Of a stretch of 64,000 bases of DNA, positions 8,813 through 18,348 are shown in pieces. Within the stretch, counting starts at the first letter, position 1; each line of letters begins with the position of its first letter. The notes under the pieces are model-generated. The model was not told the origin of the DNA and ran no database searches. It worked only from the letters and a program-made list of their open reading frames with translations. This DNA comes from Patescibacteria group bacterium. Lineage in GTDB: Bacteria > Patescibacteriota > Patescibacteriia > Magasanikbacterales > GWA2-37-8. The DNA lies in assembly GCA_041661385.1 (NCBI GenBank), contig JBAZUP010000001.1, forward strand, positions 209,692 to 273,691. Reading direction: 5' to 3'. Position numbers and translations under genes: made by a program.

Positions 8813-9907
8813 TTACCAAAAAACTAGTAATTCTACAACCCTTTTATAAATTATCATGAGCGGATTAGCGATGTATCGAAGCAGCGGGCTGTCCATACCT
8901 TGTTTTTCGCCAAATTTAATATTCCCCGTAGTAAGCTTTAATAATTCTCGATCAGTAATTTTACGGATCACCTGGATCATTTCTCTCTTTTTAACCCACA
9001 ATTTCATATTATCTACCTTTAACCAATACTGATAAATTTTTATTTTTTCTCTAAACCAGCCTTTATAAATAAAAAATACCAGTAAACCAAGCTCCATAAA
9101 AATAAGCATCGGCAAAAGCAATATTAGCGTGCCGGTTTTATAATACATTAGCAGCACCGCATAGCGATTGCGTTCTAAGAAATAAAATTTGGAAGCGCTT
9201 CGGTTAAAAACATATTTATGAAAAAATTTCGCTGTTGAAACAATTACAACTTTATAACCGGTAATTTTTAAGCGTAAAGAATATTCAATATCTTCATGAT
9301 AAGCAAATAAATCTTCATTTAACTTACCATATTGCTTTACCAAACCTGCCCGCATCATGAGAGCGGCGCCACTTGCATAGCCGACTTCCGATACCGGAGG
9401 AAGTTTTATACTGCTTTCTTCTACTCCAAAATTTGGGATGAAGCCAAAACCGAGATAGTTGAATGAATTTCCGGCAGTATTAATTTTAGTTGTACCATGA
9501 AGCAAGATCAATGCTTGAGCGCAGCCAATCGTCTTGTCGGCCTCTAGCGCTTCAACCATTTTTTGAATACAGGTTTCACCAACATAACCGTCTTGATTGT
9601 GCCAAAAAATATAATCAAAGCCGTTTTTAACCGCCCAATCAATGCCAACGTTATTTCCACCGCAAAAACCTTTGTTTACAGTCTGGGGCAATATTATTAC
9701 TTCCGGTAATTCATTTTTTGAAAGCGGCAAAACAAGTTCCTCAATTTTTTTTATTGATGAACCAAACTCCGGATGTGGATTATCTACAATTACTAAAGCG
9801 GTTTTATCTTTTGGGTAAGTCGATTTCTTAAGCGCCTCAATCATTTCAGGCAAATATTCGTCTGAGTGATAGGAAAGATAGACAATCGCTACTTTTGGTT
9901 CATTCAT
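8813..9907 (-). CDS. Glycosyltransferase family 2
   Basis: IVDN, NKGFCGGNNVG, NQD, SGAALM, FAYHED. Confidence 0.88.
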   Translation of the reverse strand: MNEPKVAIVYLSYHSDEYLPEMIEALKKSTYPKDKTALVIVDNPHPEFGSSIKKIEELVLPLSKNELPEVIILPQTVNKGFCGGNNVGIDWAVKNGFDYIFWHNQDGYVGETCIQKMVEALEADKTIGCAQALILLHGTTKINTAGNSFNYLGFGFIPNFGVEESSIKLPPVSEVGYASGAALMMRAGLVKQYGKLNEDLFAYHEDIEYSLRLKITGYKVVIVSTAKFFHKYVFNRSASKFYFLERNRYAVLLMYYKTGTLILLLPMLIFMELGLLVFFIYKGWFREKIKIYQYWLKVDNMKLWVKKREMIQVIRKITDRELLKLTTGNIKFGEKQGMDSPLLRYIANPLMIIYKRVVELLVFW

Positions 9908-10734
9908 ATTTTAATAGCGTAATATTTAAAATTTCCGCGCCACTTCCACATATACTTTAACCAGCTCAAAATATGAACACGGGCAAGTTTGTTTTTGAAC
10001 AATGCTTTTATAACTTTGGGTTCCGAGGCTGAACCGCGTCCGTGTACATGTTCAATTTTTGCTTCCGGAAAATAATATACCGATAAGTTATTTTCCCAAA
10101 ATCTTCGACAAAGATCACTGTCTTCGTAATACATCCAGAATCGCTCGTCAAAATAACCGACTTTTTCAAAAGCCGCACCGCGAATAAACATCGCCGAACC
10201 CATGAGCCAATCTACCGGCCGTTTAAAATTATGTTCCACATCTTTCATAGTAAGATGACGGTGGTATTTTTTACCTCTTTCAGTATGAAGACGGGTTCTA
10301 GTAAATAACGGATGCCAAAAAGTCGGAAAACGATAACATGATAACTGTAAAGCTCCATCTGGATAAACGATTTTGGGGCCAGCCATACCGACCGAACTTT
10401 CTTTTTCCATGAAATTATATAATTTTCGCAAAACACTTTCGTTTGAAAAGAAGAAAGTATCGGGATTTAAAACAAAATAATAATTTGCTTTAACTGATTT
10501 TAAACCGATATTTTGCGCAGCACCAAAACCGCGATTTTCTTGAAGCAGTAATTTTTCCGCTTCCGGATATTTTTCAGAAAGCAGAGCAATACTGCCATCT
10601 GACGAGGCGTTATCAACTACAACAACTTTAACATTTAAGCCAGAAATTTTGATATCTGAATATAGCGAAGCAAGACAGCGGTCAATCTGCTCTTTTCCGT
10701 TAAAATTCACGATAACCACAACGACATCAAACAT
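9904..10734 (-). CDS. Glycosyltransferase family 2 (rhamnosyltransferase-like)
   Basis: VVDNASSDGS, NRGFGAAQN, LNPD, GSAMFIR, FWMYYED. Confidence 0.88.
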   Translation of the reverse strand: MFDVVVVIVNFNGKEQIDRCLASLYSDIKISGLNVKVVVVDNASSDGSIALLSEKYPEAEKLLLQENRGFGAAQNIGLKSVKANYYFVLNPDTFFFSNESVLRKLYNFMEKESSVGMAGPKIVYPDGALQLSCYRFPTFWHPLFTRTRLHTERGKKYHRHLTMKDVEHNFKRPVDWLMGSAMFIRGAAFEKVGYFDERFWMYYEDSDLCRRFWENNLSVYYFPEAKIEHVHGRGSASEPKVIKALFKNKLARVHILSWLKYMWKWRGNFKYYAIKI

Positions 10735-10737
10735 ATT

Positions 10738-11745
10738 TTATGCCCACCAACGCCCTAAATTTTTCCAGGATTCGCGAGTGATACTTTTAATTCTTTTGCG
10801 TTCAGCTTTCAGTTCTTCCCTTCTATTCCATAAATCCCTAATACCTTTTAAAATTTCCCTATCAAACCAAAAATTATATTTAAACTTTAATCCTTCATAC
10901 CAAAATATCAAGAAAAAATCAAGAATAAAGTTTGGCCATTGCTCATTTTTATAAATAGTAGCCAAGTGATTACGATAACTATTATATCGAATATAAAAAG
11001 GCTGCTTTTTCTTATTCTTAAATCTACCTAATAAAGACTTGTCTTCCGGTTCTTTAATACCCCGTTCATGATAGGCGGAAATACCGGTAAGCACCGCTGA
11101 ACCAAAACCGCCGAGCTGTAATTTCCACGCCAGATCGACATCTTCCTGATAAGAAAAATAACTTTCATCAAATAATTCACCGGGTCGGCATACAGCTCCA
11201 ACCGCTTGACGACTATAAATTGCAATAGCTGCTGATACCCCAAAAACATCATGTACCGGAGATTGTTCAAATACTTCATTTTGAAAATTTTTTCCGGCGC
11301 TAATATCGACAACTTGTCTATTTTTTCTAATCTGCAAACCAAGCGAGTCGATAATTGTTGTTTTAGTTCCATTTTGCATCCGAAGCAAACGCGGTGAAAC
11401 CGAACCAACTTTCGGATTTTTATCGAGATAATTGGTTAATTTTTCAAAAACCTCCGTTTCCAAAATAAGGTCCTGATTAATCACCGCAACATACGGCGAA
11501 GATGATTCGCGAAATAGAAAACTGTGAGCCGGAGCAAAACCGATATTTTTATTTTTAATAAAAATTCTAACCGGAACGCCAATTTTATCTTTTTGTTCGT
11601 TTATAAATTCAACCGATCGATCGGTAGAGCCGTTATCTAATATAAGCAACTCCCAATCTATGAAACTTTGACTCTTTAGGGAATCAAATAAGGCGGGTAA
11701 ATATTTTTCGCCATTCCATGTAACTAATTGAACACTAAGCTTCAT
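10738..11745 (-). CDS. Glycosyltransferase family 2
   Basis: LDNGSTDRS, NIGFA, INQD, FSYQEDVDL. Confidence 0.88.
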   Translation of the reverse strand: MKLSVQLVTWNGEKYLPALFDSLKSQSFIDWELLILDNGSTDRSVEFINEQKDKIGVPVRIFIKNKNIGFAPAHSFLFRESSSPYVAVINQDLILETEVFEKLTNYLDKNPKVGSVSPRLLRMQNGTKTTIIDSLGLQIRKNRQVVDISAGKNFQNEVFEQSPVHDVFGVSAAIAIYSRQAVGAVCRPGELFDESYFSYQEDVDLAWKLQLGGFGSAVLTGISAYHERGIKEPEDKSLLGRFKNKKKQPFYIRYNSYRNHLATIYKNEQWPNFILDFFLIFWYEGLKFKYNFWFDREILKGIRDLWNRREELKAERKRIKSITRESWKNLGRWWA

Positions 11746-11883
11746 AATCGTAATGAGTGAGTATAATGACAAATTTATTTGTCATTATCGAGCGAATTAG
11801 TTTATATCGGAGATATAATCGTAATGAGTGAGTATAATGACAAATTTATTTGTCATTATCGAGCGAATTAGTTTATATCGGAG
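11744..11883. repeat. Tandem duplication: two identical 69-bp copies (period 71), each containing a 12-bp inverted repeat
   Basis: 11744-11812 equals 11815-11883; internal ATAATGACAAAT-tt-ATTTGTCATTAT. Confidence 0.9.
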
Positions 11884-12737
11884 TTATTATCATGTACTAA
11901 ATCAATAACCCAGGTCACAGCGAGCACGAACGCTGCTATTATCGCGAGACAAATTCCCGCGAGAAACGATTCCCATTTAAAAAAATAATTTATCAAACTC
12001 TTTGCAAATTGATATTGTTTCCAAAATAACTTTTGTTTCGCGAAGCTTCTTCCTCCAAAATCTATTGCCTTAGCATCTGGAGTAAACCAAACTTCATAGC
12101 CAAGTTTTTTTGCCTCTTGGCACAAATCAACATCCTCAAACCAAATAAAAAATCTTTCATCAAATAATTTACCAAGATTACTATAAACCTCTCGGCTCAC
12201 CAGCATAAATGAGCCCTGCACACTATCTACTGCTTGCGCCTTTGAAAAATCAAATCCTGTTTGTAAATATTCATTCAGTAATTTGGGAAATATATGATGA
12301 ATTTTTAACAGTATTACCAGCTGATCAAAAAATTTCGGAAAACGACGCGGCAAAGCATTATTTTTTATGACGCCGGCTTCATTATACAAAGCCCCGCCAA
12401 CGATGCCGGCTTTGGGGTGCTGCTTTGCAAATTCAATCAATTTCTTTAAACTCCCCTCACCCACTTCCATATCGGGATTCAAAAGCAAAAAATATTTTCC
12501 ACTAGATTTTTTTACTAACTCATTATTAGCAGCCGCAAAACCGAGATTTTTAGAAAAAACTGTTAACGCTAAATCCGGAAATTTTTTTCTAATCTCGGTA
12601 ACTGTACCGTCGACAGAATTATTATCTGCCACCAGCTGCTCATAACTCAAACCGTCTGAACCTTTTTTAACCGATTCGAACTGCCTCAAAACAAAATCAG
12701 CCGAATTCCAGGTTACGGTAAGAATTGAGACATCCAT
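11868..12737 (-). CDS. Glycosyltransferase family 2
   Basis: ADNNSVDGT, NLGFAAANN, LLNPD, GSFMLV, FFIWFEDVD; C-terminal TM. Confidence 0.88.
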   Translation of the reverse strand: MDVSILTVTWNSADFVLRQFESVKKGSDGLSYEQLVADNNSVDGTVTEIRKKFPDLALTVFSKNLGFAAANNELVKKSSGKYFLLLNPDMEVGEGSLKKLIEFAKQHPKAGIVGGALYNEAGVIKNNALPRRFPKFFDQLVILLKIHHIFPKLLNEYLQTGFDFSKAQAVDSVQGSFMLVSREVYSNLGKLFDERFFIWFEDVDLCQEAKKLGYEVWFTPDAKAIDFGGRSFAKQKLFWKQYQFAKSLINYFFKWESFLAGICLAIIAAFVLAVTWVIDLVHDNNSDIN

Positions 12738-12810
12738 AGTCGAAATGAGTAAAAGAAATGAAAAAATTTTATTTTTCTTAACAAATGAGAATATAGCGAG
12801 GCCCCGATAA

Positions 12811-13881
12811 TTATTTCGTCTTGAGAGCCAGCTTAAGAAAATCTACGGTCGGAATAGCCGTCGGATCAATTCCTTCAATGATGGCAGTATAAAAACTTAG
12901 ATAACTGCTAAAAACCAATACTTCTATCGTTTCCAACAATTTATTTTTTTCTTTACAGCGATAAGTCAAAAACTGTTTAGCGTGTCGAACTAAAATATTT
13001 TTTGTAACCTGATATCGTTTTTGCACCCGTTTGTCATACAAATCCGATTCGATAAACGCAAAAGTTTCATTTTCACCAGCAGGAAATGTTAACCCTTCAA
13101 GCAAATGATGATTTAGTTCAGGGATAAGAAAATACCCGCCGAACCGCTTAGAATTTTCATTAAGCTGATTAGCCGCCACATGCACGCTGCCCGCCAAATG
13201 CGCTGAGCCAACATACCAAACCGGACCGCGTAATAACGCGGATGCAAACTGTTTCGCCAAATTCTTCTGTTCTCCGTTTTTCGGACCAAATAATTTTTGA
13301 TATTTTTTGGCGGTATTTACAACCTTGTCCAAAGTAATTCCTGAAAGTTTAACTTGCTTTAATCTGATTAACAAAAGTAATGGCCCAAAAATTGTATAAC
13401 CGAGACCCATTCGCGGTGAACCGCAAGGATTGTTTTGTGTACCAAATATTAAAGCGGGAATTTTATTTTTTTGTGAAATTTTAGAAAGCTCCCCATTTGA
13501 GGTGATAATAATTATTTTGGCCTTGCGTTTTCTGGCCTTTTCAAGCGCTGACAAAGTTTCCTCAGTTGAACCTGAATAACTAACCGCAAAAACCAAGGTA
13601 TCTTTGGTTAAGGTGCCAGGAATATCATAACCATTTACAACCTCCAAAGGTATTTGCAGTTCATTTTCATAAACGGAACGAATAACATGCGCTCCAAGAG
13701 TTGAACCTCCCATGCCAAGAAAAATGATATTTTTAAATTTCTTATAATTACCGGGAATTTTGATCTTTCTCACTTCATCATGAACCTGTTTGATTTGATT
13801 GGAAAGCTTTTCAATACTTCCAGCCATATTCATGGAATCAAGACGTTTAATTTCATTGATGCTATCGAGGTTTGCTTGCAT
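12811..13881 (-). CDS. Bifunctional phosphoglucose/phosphomannose isomerase (SIS domain)
   Basis: GMGGS, SYSGSTEETL, SPRMG, QLNENSK, PELNHH. Confidence 0.85.
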   Translation of the reverse strand: MQANLDSINEIKRLDSMNMAGSIEKLSNQIKQVHDEVRKIKIPGNYKKFKNIIFLGMGGSTLGAHVIRSVYENELQIPLEVVNGYDIPGTLTKDTLVFAVSYSGSTEETLSALEKARKRKAKIIIITSNGELSKISQKNKIPALIFGTQNNPCGSPRMGLGYTIFGPLLLLIRLKQVKLSGITLDKVVNTAKKYQKLFGPKNGEQKNLAKQFASALLRGPVWYVGSAHLAGSVHVAANQLNENSKRFGGYFLIPELNHHLLEGLTFPAGENETFAFIESDLYDKRVQKRYQVTKNILVRHAKQFLTYRCKEKNKLLETIEVLVFSSYLSFYTAIIEGIDPTAIPTVDFLKLALKTK

Positions 13882-13905
13882 AAAATAGATAATAAATTCG
13901 AGTTT

Positions 13906-13946
13906 AGTTTAGCAAAAAAACCGCCACTTGTAAACAAATGACGGTT
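13906..13946 (-). terminator. Terminator of the GT4-RmlD gene, overlapping a promoter for PGI/PMI
   Basis: Minus-strand stem CCGTCATTTG/CAAGTGGCGG plus T7; TTTACA (13934-13929)-17-TAAACT (13911-13906). Confidence 0.65.
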
Positions 13947-13957
13947 AATTTATTTCT

Positions 13958-16078
13958 TTAAGCTAATACCGGTTTTTGAGCAAATTCCTTTACTTCTGAT
14001 TCATCTTTGAAAGCATGCGGGTATTTTGCAACCAGATAATCACGCAAGGCTTTTTCCCATGGTCTAACGGTGTTTACTTTTTCAGCAATAAGGCGTTTGG
14101 AAATTAGACATTCTCGTTTTGGTCTTGGAGTATAGAAAGTTTCGGAAAAATAATCAGACGAAACCGGTTTCACCTTAATTTCTGATTCATAACCAAGTAA
14201 AGAAACAATTTTTTCGGCAATCTCAAATCTACTGGCGGCACCGGGTGAAACCAGATGATAAATTCCGTTGGCTTTTTTATCAAGTAACACATTTATGGTG
14301 CGAGCGACATCCGGCGCATAAGAAAGCGTTCCGAATTTATCATTTACAACGTTTAATTCCTGGCTGCCGGAAGTAATTTGCGAAACCAATTTGCCGACAA
14401 ATTTTTTATCATATTTTGGACCCCCGCCAATCAACCATCCGAGGCGTAAAATTAAATGCTTTGGCGCATAATATTGCGTCATAAGTTCGCCCATATGCTT
14501 GGTTAAACCGTAGACGTTTAAAGGCAGCGGTTCATCATGTTCAGTGTACCAATCGCTACTGCCATCAAAAATATTTGCCGAACTGGTATACACTAATGTT
14601 GCACCATATTTAGCGGCAAGTTGAGCCATGGTTTTGGTAGCGAGTGTGTTTACCGTATAAGCTAACGGCAAATTTTTCTCACACGCTTCCAAATCCGTCA
14701 TAGCAGCAAGATGAACGATATAATCCGGCTTAAATTCCGAAATAATTTTTTCGGCATCGGCAAAATTAGTTACATCCAATTCTGATTGCCAATTTTCTGT
14801 CGGGTGCTTGGTGGTAGCGCAAACTAAGTATTTTCCTGAAAAAGAGTCATACAAAGTTCTACCAAGCGCCCCATCCGTGCCGGTAATAAGCATCTTTTTC
14901 CTTCCAACTTTTTCATCTTGTTCGGCTTCTAAAATTTGCTTAGCAGATTCCTTAGTTAGTGACTTGATCAATTTAAAATATTCAAAAGCTATCTTGTCCC
15001 AACTATATAATACCATCGCGCGTTGGGCAGATTTTAATCCAAGTTCAATTATTTCTTCACGGTGATCTGAAGCGTATTCAAACTGCCTGGCAAGCGAAGG
15101 AACATCCATTGAAAAGAATAACCCGGCATCTCCAAGAGGTTCACGATTTTCCTTTTTGTCGTTTGCGATCACACAAACCGCCCTACCCATCGCTTCGATA
15201 AGCGCTGGAGAATGTCCGCCTACTTCGGCGGCCCGCACATAACATAATGAATTTTTAACTAATTGTTTATAACGCTGACCAAACAAAAACCCGGTAAAAA
15301 TTACATTTTTTCCGGCATTCATTTTTATTTCTTCCACCAATTCCGGAGAGTAGCGGTTATCACCCACCATTACCAAGGGTAATTTACTACCGGATGCAGC
15401 GTGCGCCCTTACTACCAAAAGCGGATTATTTTCCGGTTCAAACCGGGCAACGTAAATAAAATATTTTTTGTAAAGCAATTTAAATTCATCAAGCACATCA
15501 ATGTCAGGTGTTTGTTCAGTTTCGATTTCGGTGCCATAAGGAATAAAAGCACTCGACATTCCCCGTTCTTTTTTATAAAACTCCTGCACACTGCCGGCAT
15601 CTGTTACAATTTGATGTGAAGCAATACCTGCGAGGTATGAACAAAGTTTTAAATAGGTACGAGCAAACTTGCCCCATTTTTTACGATGCCAATCCAGCCC
15701 ATCCACGCAAAATACAACTTTCTTTCCAAGAATTTTTGCCAGCAATGCAAACGGCGCATTTCCAACATTTACAACAATTACAACTGAAGCGGTATTATAT
15801 ATAAACACATGCAGTACGCTGATCAAAGAATGAAAAAGCGTATCCAAACTTTTACGCGCAATAGTTGGTAAATAAAATAACTTCACGCCTTTATATTCAA
15901 CGGGTTTGTTTTCAAAATAATTGGATCGGCAATATACCGAAACATCAGCGCCGAGCCCTTTTAGATTAACCGCAAGCTCTTCTGCAAGAGTTTCAAAACC
16001 ACCGTAAGAATTAGGAATTCCTCGGTGACCGAGAATAGCAATGCGAATTGGCTGAGTTTTTGTAGTAGTTTTCTCCAT
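13958..16078 (-). CDS. Fusion of a GT4 glycosyltransferase (DUF1972-type) and dTDP-4-dehydrorhamnose reductase (RmlD)
   Basis: N-half GHRGIPNSYGGFET, DGLDW.RKKW, ARFEPEN, LIEAM; C-half ITGTDGALG, HLAAMTD, PLNVYGLTK, PRP. Confidence 0.85.
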   Translation of the reverse strand: MEKTTTKTQPIRIAILGHRGIPNSYGGFETLAEELAVNLKGLGADVSVYCRSNYFENKPVEYKGVKLFYLPTIARKSLDTLFHSLISVLHVFIYNTASVVIVVNVGNAPFALLAKILGKKVVFCVDGLDWHRKKWGKFARTYLKLCSYLAGIASHQIVTDAGSVQEFYKKERGMSSAFIPYGTEIETEQTPDIDVLDEFKLLYKKYFIYVARFEPENNPLLVVRAHAASGSKLPLVMVGDNRYSPELVEEIKMNAGKNVIFTGFLFGQRYKQLVKNSLCYVRAAEVGGHSPALIEAMGRAVCVIANDKKENREPLGDAGLFFSMDVPSLARQFEYASDHREEIIELGLKSAQRAMVLYSWDKIAFEYFKLIKSLTKESAKQILEAEQDEKVGRKKMLITGTDGALGRTLYDSFSGKYLVCATTKHPTENWQSELDVTNFADAEKIISEFKPDYIVHLAAMTDLEACEKNLPLAYTVNTLATKTMAQLAAKYGATLVYTSSANIFDGSSDWYTEHDEPLPLNVYGLTKHMGELMTQYYAPKHLILRLGWLIGGGPKYDKKFVGKLVSQITSGSQELNVVNDKFGTLSYAPDVARTINVLLDKKANGIYHLVSPGAASRFEIAEKIVSLLGYESEIKVKPVSSDYFSETFYTPRPKRECLISKRLIAEKVNTVRPWEKALRDYLVAKYPHAFKDESEVKEFAQKPVLA

Positions 16079-16125
16079 ATTTCCGCTAATATTAGCGTAA
16101 ACCTAAACTTGATACGGAACAAATA

Positions 16126-16166
16126 ATTATACATCAAAAAAGACCCTTTGTCAAGGGTCTTTTGAA
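16126..16166 (-). promoter_or_regulatory. Consensus sigma70 promoter embedded in a terminator hairpin
   Basis: TTGACA (16154-16149)-17-TATAAT (16131-16126); hairpin AAAAGACCCTT/AAGGGTCTTTT. Confidence 0.8.
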
Positions 16167-16179
16167 AACGATTTTTTAC

Positions 16180-16488
16180 CTATTTCTTTAAATCTTTTTG
16201 TACTTCCTTCCATCTCTTTTTTAATTCCCTGAGAAGCATTACTTTAACTTCTTCTGCCAACTCTTTCTTTACTGCGTATTCCTCTACTGCTCTTTCTACT
16301 AACGCATCATACATATCTTTGGTTGGGCCCTCCAGCTGTTTCAGACTCGCTTTTAATTCATTAAACAGCGGCTCAAGATGATTGGCCAACTTTGAGCGCA
16401 TTTCTTTGCCTTTAGGCGTGGCATTTAGCCACATGAGTGACGCTCCAAGTAAACCTCCTAAAAATAGACCCTTTTTAAATCTTCCCAT
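16180..16488 (-). CDS. YtxH-like protein
   Basis: GLFLGGLLGA..L.ATPKGKEMR N-terminus followed by charged helices. Confidence 0.7.
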   Translation of the reverse strand: MGRFKKGLFLGGLLGASLMWLNATPKGKEMRSKLANHLEPLFNELKASLKQLEGPTKDMYDALVERAVEEYAVKKELAEEVKVMLLRELKKRWKEVQKDLKK

Positions 16489-16564
16489 ATGGAGATAGTT
16501 CGTTAGTTAGAGAATTTAAATATATGAAAGGGATTCTTTGACAAGCTCTAAATTATAATCTGGA

Positions 16565-17446
16565 TCAGGTTCCACAGCCAGCGCTAGCAGTATTTCCAGC
16601 GGCTGCTGATAGACCGAAACCTGGCTGAAATGAGGTGCCTGGTAAGGTAGTGTTACATTCCGCAGGTGCATTGGTAAAGGCCGCGCAAATTGCCTGTTTT
16701 ACAGCTTCTGGAGTGCGTCCAGCTTCAGACTGTACGCCATTGATTACGAGAGTCGGTGAACCCTGTACTCCGTATTTGGCATTTTCAGTTTGATTGATTG
16801 GAAACATCGGATACTGACCGGAGAGCCAAGATGCTTTGTCATTAAATTTAGCCATGATGCCAAATTGCTTATCGGTTTTAGCATAGCAACTATCAAGAGC
16901 GGATACATTTACTCCGGCGGAAGTTAGACATTGTTTATAATTTGCAGGCTGACCGTCATTTTGCCCGGCAGAAAAGAAACAATTTAGATAAGCGCTGTAC
17001 TTCGCTGGCTGTTCTTTACTAATACAATACTGGCGGGTATTTTCTTCGACTTCTTTCTGACCATGCATGGCGTAACTGACATACTTAATTGAAATGTCTG
17101 CTTTATCCTTCAATAAATTCCATGCCGGTAAGAAAGCTTTTTCCATCTGCAAACCATAAGGGCAATACGACATCACGAATAATTCGACAGTTGGTTTGGC
17201 GGTCTTAGGAACATTGGCAGCCGGTTGCTGCTGGGCTGGTTGCTGTGCTTGTTGTTGCGATGGCTGATTGGCTGCAACATAATTAGAATCCGTGGTCTTG
17301 CCAACATTTACCTTACCCGTAAGGGTTAGATAACCAAGAATAATAAAACCGAGGGTACCGAGGGTGAGAAGCCCACCAACAGCCCCAACGATTAGAGCGC
17401 TTTTGGGATCCAAAAGCTCAAATAAACTTTTTTTGTCTTGCGACAT
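16565..17446 (-). CDS. Membrane-anchored thioredoxin-fold protein (DsbA/GILT-like)
   Basis: TM anchor, Q/P linker, FVMSYCPYG, MHGQKEVEEN..QYC, cis-Pro motif GVQGSPTLVING. Confidence 0.7.
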   Translation of the reverse strand: MSQDKKSLFELLDPKSALIVGAVGGLLTLGTLGFIILGYLTLTGKVNVGKTTDSNYVAANQPSQQQAQQPAQQQPAANVPKTAKPTVELFVMSYCPYGLQMEKAFLPAWNLLKDKADISIKYVSYAMHGQKEVEENTRQYCISKEQPAKYSAYLNCFFSAGQNDGQPANYKQCLTSAGVNVSALDSCYAKTDKQFGIMAKFNDKASWLSGQYPMFPINQTENAKYGVQGSPTLVINGVQSEAGRTPEAVKQAICAAFTNAPAECNTTLPGTSFQPGFGLSAAAGNTASAGCGT

Positions 17447-17535
17447 AAATAAAATAGAAAAATAAATAAGGTAGATATTATTATAGTACTTTTTTAACGC
17501 TCAGGCAATACAAATTGTCAAGCTAACCCCCTGGG

Positions 17536-18348
17536 TTATTTTGGTTTGATTGCGGTGATGTGAAGATTTGGCGAAGGAATGTATTGTAATATTAAACTTT
17601 CTATATAAACAAGGCCATTTATGCACTTTTTAAAAAATTTAATGATTGCTGACTCATTATTTTCAGTAAAAAATTGTTCATTATTAATCTGTTTTCCCGT
17701 TTGTTTCTTCGCTTTTGCTTCCATTGCAAAAAAAGCCGCAATCCCAATTAACTGCCCTAGGACATGTTCACTATATTTTATTGAATAATTAAAACCGAAT
17801 TTATTTAGCGTTATTAAAATATCATTTTTTGAAAAGTAATTAATATGGCCTGCATATTTATTTGTAAGATTTTTTCCAATATTTAATTTTCGAAGCCAAT
17901 TCCAAAATGATACTTTACTTCCTTCGCATGGCACAAAGATATAAAGCACCCCACCCGGCTTCAAAACTCTTTGGGCCTCAGATAAGATCTGTTGCCAATT
18001 TTCTACATGCTCAAGAACATCTAATATAATTACCGCGTCAAAAAAATTATTCTCCCTCGGCAGCAATTCACCAGTCTGACAAAAATATTCAACACCATCT
18101 TTAGTTTCGCGCGCGGCGTTTATTGCATTCACGCTAATATCAACACCCTGACAAATTAATTCTGGCCGAATTAATTTTATACCACGTATAAACTGACCGG
18201 CTCCACAGCCGATTTCCAAAACTTTATCACCCGATTTAAGAATTTTAAGAGCTCGTAAGGCGTGCCCCAAACGGATACTGGTCGGATCGCTAATTTTTGT
18301 TGATGCGGTTCCCCTGCCCCAAACGGATTTTTCGTAATCAAAACTCAT
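17536..18348 (-). CDS. Class I SAM-dependent methyltransferase
   Basis: VLEIGCGAG, GVDIS, FDAV..LDVLEH, RVLKPGG. Confidence 0.85.
   Translation of the reverse strand: MSFDYEKSVWGRGTASTKISDPTSIRLGHALRALKILKSGDKVLEIGCGAGQFIRGIKLIRPELICQGVDISVNAINAARETKDGVEYFCQTGELLPRENNFFDAVIILDVLEHVENWQQILSEAQRVLKPGGVLYIFVPCEGSKVSFWNWLRKLNIGKNLTNKYAGHINYFSKNDILITLNKFGFNYSIKYSEHVLGQLIGIAAFFAMEAKAKKQTGKQINNEQFFTENNESAIIKFFKKCINGLVYIESLILQYIPSPNLHITAIKPK

Noticed and set aside
11744-11883. Possible CRISPR array
   Set aside because: Only two adjacent 69-bp copies, no spacers, no cas genes
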